Shown here: piece by piece, positions 50,531 to 53,124 of the stretch
Layout: the number at the start of each line of letters is the position of its first letter
How positions within the stretch are numbered: the stretch's first letter is position 1
Program-made: the position numbers and the translations under genes
DNA from: Thelocarpon superellum
Lineage: Eukaryota
DNA length: 53,124 nt
Direction of reading: 5' to 3'
Assembly (NCBI GenBank): GCA_026025795.1
Contig: JAPEUG010000082.1
Span: 1 to 53,124, forward strand
The notes under the pieces: model-generated
What the model was told of the DNA's origin: nothing
What the model saw: the letters and a program-made list of their open reading frames with translations, nothing else
The model's database searches: none

Positions 50531-52416
50531 CTAGATCTCGTCATGCTTCGGAAACTGAACCTCCCACGCCCTGGGTGAGATGGGCAGCCCGAGCCAGAAC
50601 TCCCAAACTCTCGATAATTCAAGAATGATGATTTTCATGCTTCGCAGCGAAGTCAGCGCGTTTGTCATCACGGGCTCAGACAACAGGCAATACTCACATC
50701 GTGCCTGGCAGGACGAACCAGCTTCTGATCACGTACCCGAACACCCGCCAAATTCTGTACCACTCTTCCCACATGGCCTCGGACGGGTCAATCGGTTCGT
50801 ACTCCCCAAAGTCCTCGCCCAACTCTTCATCTGCAATGTCATCTCGCTCATCACCATTTCCGATGGCTTCCGAGCTGCTCCCAACAATCGTTTGATCGTG
50901 TTGCTCCGCCAGCACCTCGCGGAGGCGAGAAACCGCCGTGATCGAAGTCGAGATCTTGTCGAGCGTGTTAATCAGTGCCACCAATTCGGTCCGCCTCAGC
51001 GGAAATTCGTCCTGCCGGTCCGCGTCGTCACCGAACTCGAATAGGACCTTGAGCGCAGTGCCGTAGCCGGCGGTTTGCACTTTGCCCCATAGGCGGCACT
51101 TGTCGCACCCCACACAGTCCATCATCCGACTGACGTTCCGGAAGCGGTTTCGGAAATCTTCCTTTAGTCCGACCGTCGACGGGTCTTGGAACATCAAGCT
51201 TTCGTCGAAGATGGCGGGCCCAGCTGCGGCCTTCTCGGTCAGCGCTAGCACCTTTTGCTTCGTAAATCGGTCCTGTTCGACATCGCCCGAGCAGAAAGTG
51301 TAGCCCTTAAGATGGGTTCGAAGTTTCGTGACGGCGCGAAGTACCAGGGCATAGTTGAAATACAGATTCGAGATGCGTTCGGGGTGTTGGTCGAGTCGCT
51401 CCTGATAACATGACAGGTTGGGTCCCCACATGCCAGTCGTCTGATTGAGGTAGTCCCAGCATATGTGAGCACTAATGCTCGCGTGCATGCCCGAAATGAT
51501 GCGATAGAACACACGCTTCTCCAGACACTCGTTGTCGAAGTCGAGTCCATCGTCCACCGTCACGGGTTGGGTGCTGCGGGCGACGGCTTGTGATCGCCCG
51601 TAGTCTTTGATCACGCTCTTGAGCGCGTCAGCCGCTTGCCCCGGGAAGACCGCCGAAGCTCCTTGAGAACCTGATCCTTTGGAAAGCGCCTTCGAGAAGC
51701 AATTCTCTCGATAGATAGAATCCCATACTTGCCGAGCACCTGTACCGGCGTAGCCAGTGAATCGCTCGGGATTGTCGACCAGGCTCACATAGTCACCCTT
51801 GACCGTCGAACTTTCGTCCTCGGGAACACAGTAATCCCTTTCGTCGCACTCGTCGTCCGCTTCTAACACGCAGCTCTCACCGACATCTTCGCCCAGCTGT
51901 CCTTGCAACGGTCGCTCTTGTCGATCGTGCCGCTCTTGCTGCAGCCTACGGCCAGGATGACCAGCTTTGGGGCCCTCAAGCTTGCCCAGCTCTTCCGCTC
52001 GCCAGATCAAGGGTATATCCGACTCGCTGTCGAGGGTATAGACAGCGCACGCGATGTTTCCACACATGCTCTCCGAGTCCGTCCAGAACGGGCATACGCG
52101 GTTGAAGAGATTCAGACGATAGTATGCGAAGAAGTCCGTGGTCTGGGTGATGTCCTTCAATGCCGGAGTCAACTCGCGATTCAGAGAGTCGAGGGTTGAG
52201 TATGATGCACAGGCGTCAGAGACGATCGCCTTCGGTTCGATCTACATGCAGCGGATTAGCGATTTGTCCTCTCACTCCGCCATGAGATTTCTCGCAACTT
52301 ACGGCGCACACTTCCGCCTTGCCCGGAGCCAGTCCATGGTGGCCAGCGGCGGTTGCACGACTCAGCCATGCAAACGCCGCAAGATAGAAGGCCTGGGTCG
52401 CCGAACGTGGCCGCAT
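50531..52416 (-). CDS. ERO1: ER oxidoreductin 1
   Basis: Signal peptide, DFFAYYRLNL, CPFW..CGNIAC, NPERFTGY, ISGMHASIS, RMMDCVGCDKCRLWGK. Last exon ends KHDEI*. Confidence 0.96.
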
Positions 52417-52711
52417 CGTTACCAGACAGATTTCACAACCGGTCGCTGCTCAACATGATTTGTCGCATAGAGAAACTGATGGAGAAAGGACCTCAGTTTT
52501 CGCCAGCCACAGTGGCAAAGTTTTGCGGAGTGTGTGAAGTGGCATGTCTGAAGCATTTGAAAGGTGGCCTTGAAGAGAGCTGATAAGCCTCTTTTAAGCA
52601 GGTGTCTATGCGTTGAATTACAAACCCGGTAAGACGTGTAGCTCGCGAAGCGAGGTAACTAACACCTTTGGTCAGATTGGTGAACGAAGTAAGCAAGTTT
52701 ACCACAATTAT

Positions 52712-52810
52712 TGTAGGAGTGAAGCAGCGCGCACGTGATCTGGTCACGTGCCTACTCCTATCACTATCCCAGACTACGCGTAGATTAGCAATTCAGCTCT
52801 GATTCCTACA
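52712..52810. mobile_element. 99-bp copy of the E-box hairpin repeat, inverted relative to 20107-20197
   Basis: Perfect 7-bp terminal inverted repeat TGTAGGA..TCCTACA and an 8-bp insertion relative to the internal copy. Confidence 0.65.
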
Positions 52811-52826
52811 GGAGTAACTTAACTAT

Positions 52827-52918
52827 TGTGACGACGAGGCCTACAGCTAGGCAGAAACAGTACATCGTCAATAGGAGTTGACTCTGTGGCTCCTAGGGCT
52901 CATAGACCTAGACTAACC
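52827..52918. repeat. Truncated, diverged LTR of the same family as 12804-13060
   Basis: TGTGACGACGAGGCCTACAGCTAGGCAGAAACAGTA...TGTGGCTCCTAGGGCTCATAGACCTA aligns to the first ~95 bp of the LTR. Confidence 0.9.
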
Positions 52919-53015
52919 AACAAGTATCTTGCTTTTGAGTGTAGGGAGAAGGTGGGAGGGGGTGTTGGAGAAGAGGGACATGAGGGAGCGTCATTCGGGT
53001 CGGTAGGGTCTTAGC

Positions 53016-53124
53016 TAGGGTTAGGGTTAGGGTTAGGGTTAGGGTTAGGGTTAGGGTTAGGGTTAGGGTTAGGGTTAGGGTTAGGGTTAGGGTTAGGGTT
53101 AGGGTTAGGGTTAGGGTTAGGGTT
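53016..53124 (+). repeat. Telomere (TTAGGG)n, about 17-18 repeats
   Basis: Perfect TTAGGG array to the end of the sequence, with the G-rich strand pointing outward. Confidence 0.98.

Noticed and set aside
1..53124. tRNA, rRNA or snRNA genes and a secondary-metabolite cluster
   Set aside because: None recognised by eye, and there is no PKS/NRPS/terpene backbone gene. A covariance-model search would be needed to exclude small RNAs.

Overview
The terminal 53 kb of a filamentous ascomycete (Pezizomycotina) chromosome. It is GC-rich and gene-dense, with short (~50-60 nt) GT-AG introns, and ends in a (TTAGGG)n telomere. Most genes are housekeeping: ATG6 (partial), cysteine synthase, a MidA-type methyltransferase, TFIIS, DUF1295, RPP1, CDC26, mitochondrial RRF, a DHA1 MFS transporter, SSB Hsp70, an RSC bromodomain protein, CKS1, USB1, PAL1, ZRC1, ATG14, DUF3807 and ERO1. 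There are also three orphan-like secreted proteins. A complete but mutationally inactivated 7.0-kb chromodomain Ty3/Gypsy LTR retrotransposon sits at 12804-19823 (257-bp LTRs, CCGGC target-site duplication). Most unusual signals: (1) an antisense, intron-containing gene for a Zn-cluster-like six-cysteine protein inside the retrotransposon; (2) a CpG-directed, 5'-base-dependent C>T hypermutation signature that fades at the element edges; (3) a Tf1-type self-priming PBS; (4) almost no subtelomere, with ERO1 starting ~600 bp from the telomere, separated only by a ~99-bp E-box hairpin repeat and a truncated LTR, both of which also occur at the internal retrotransposon locus. All gene models, alignments and counts were made by eye, without database searches.
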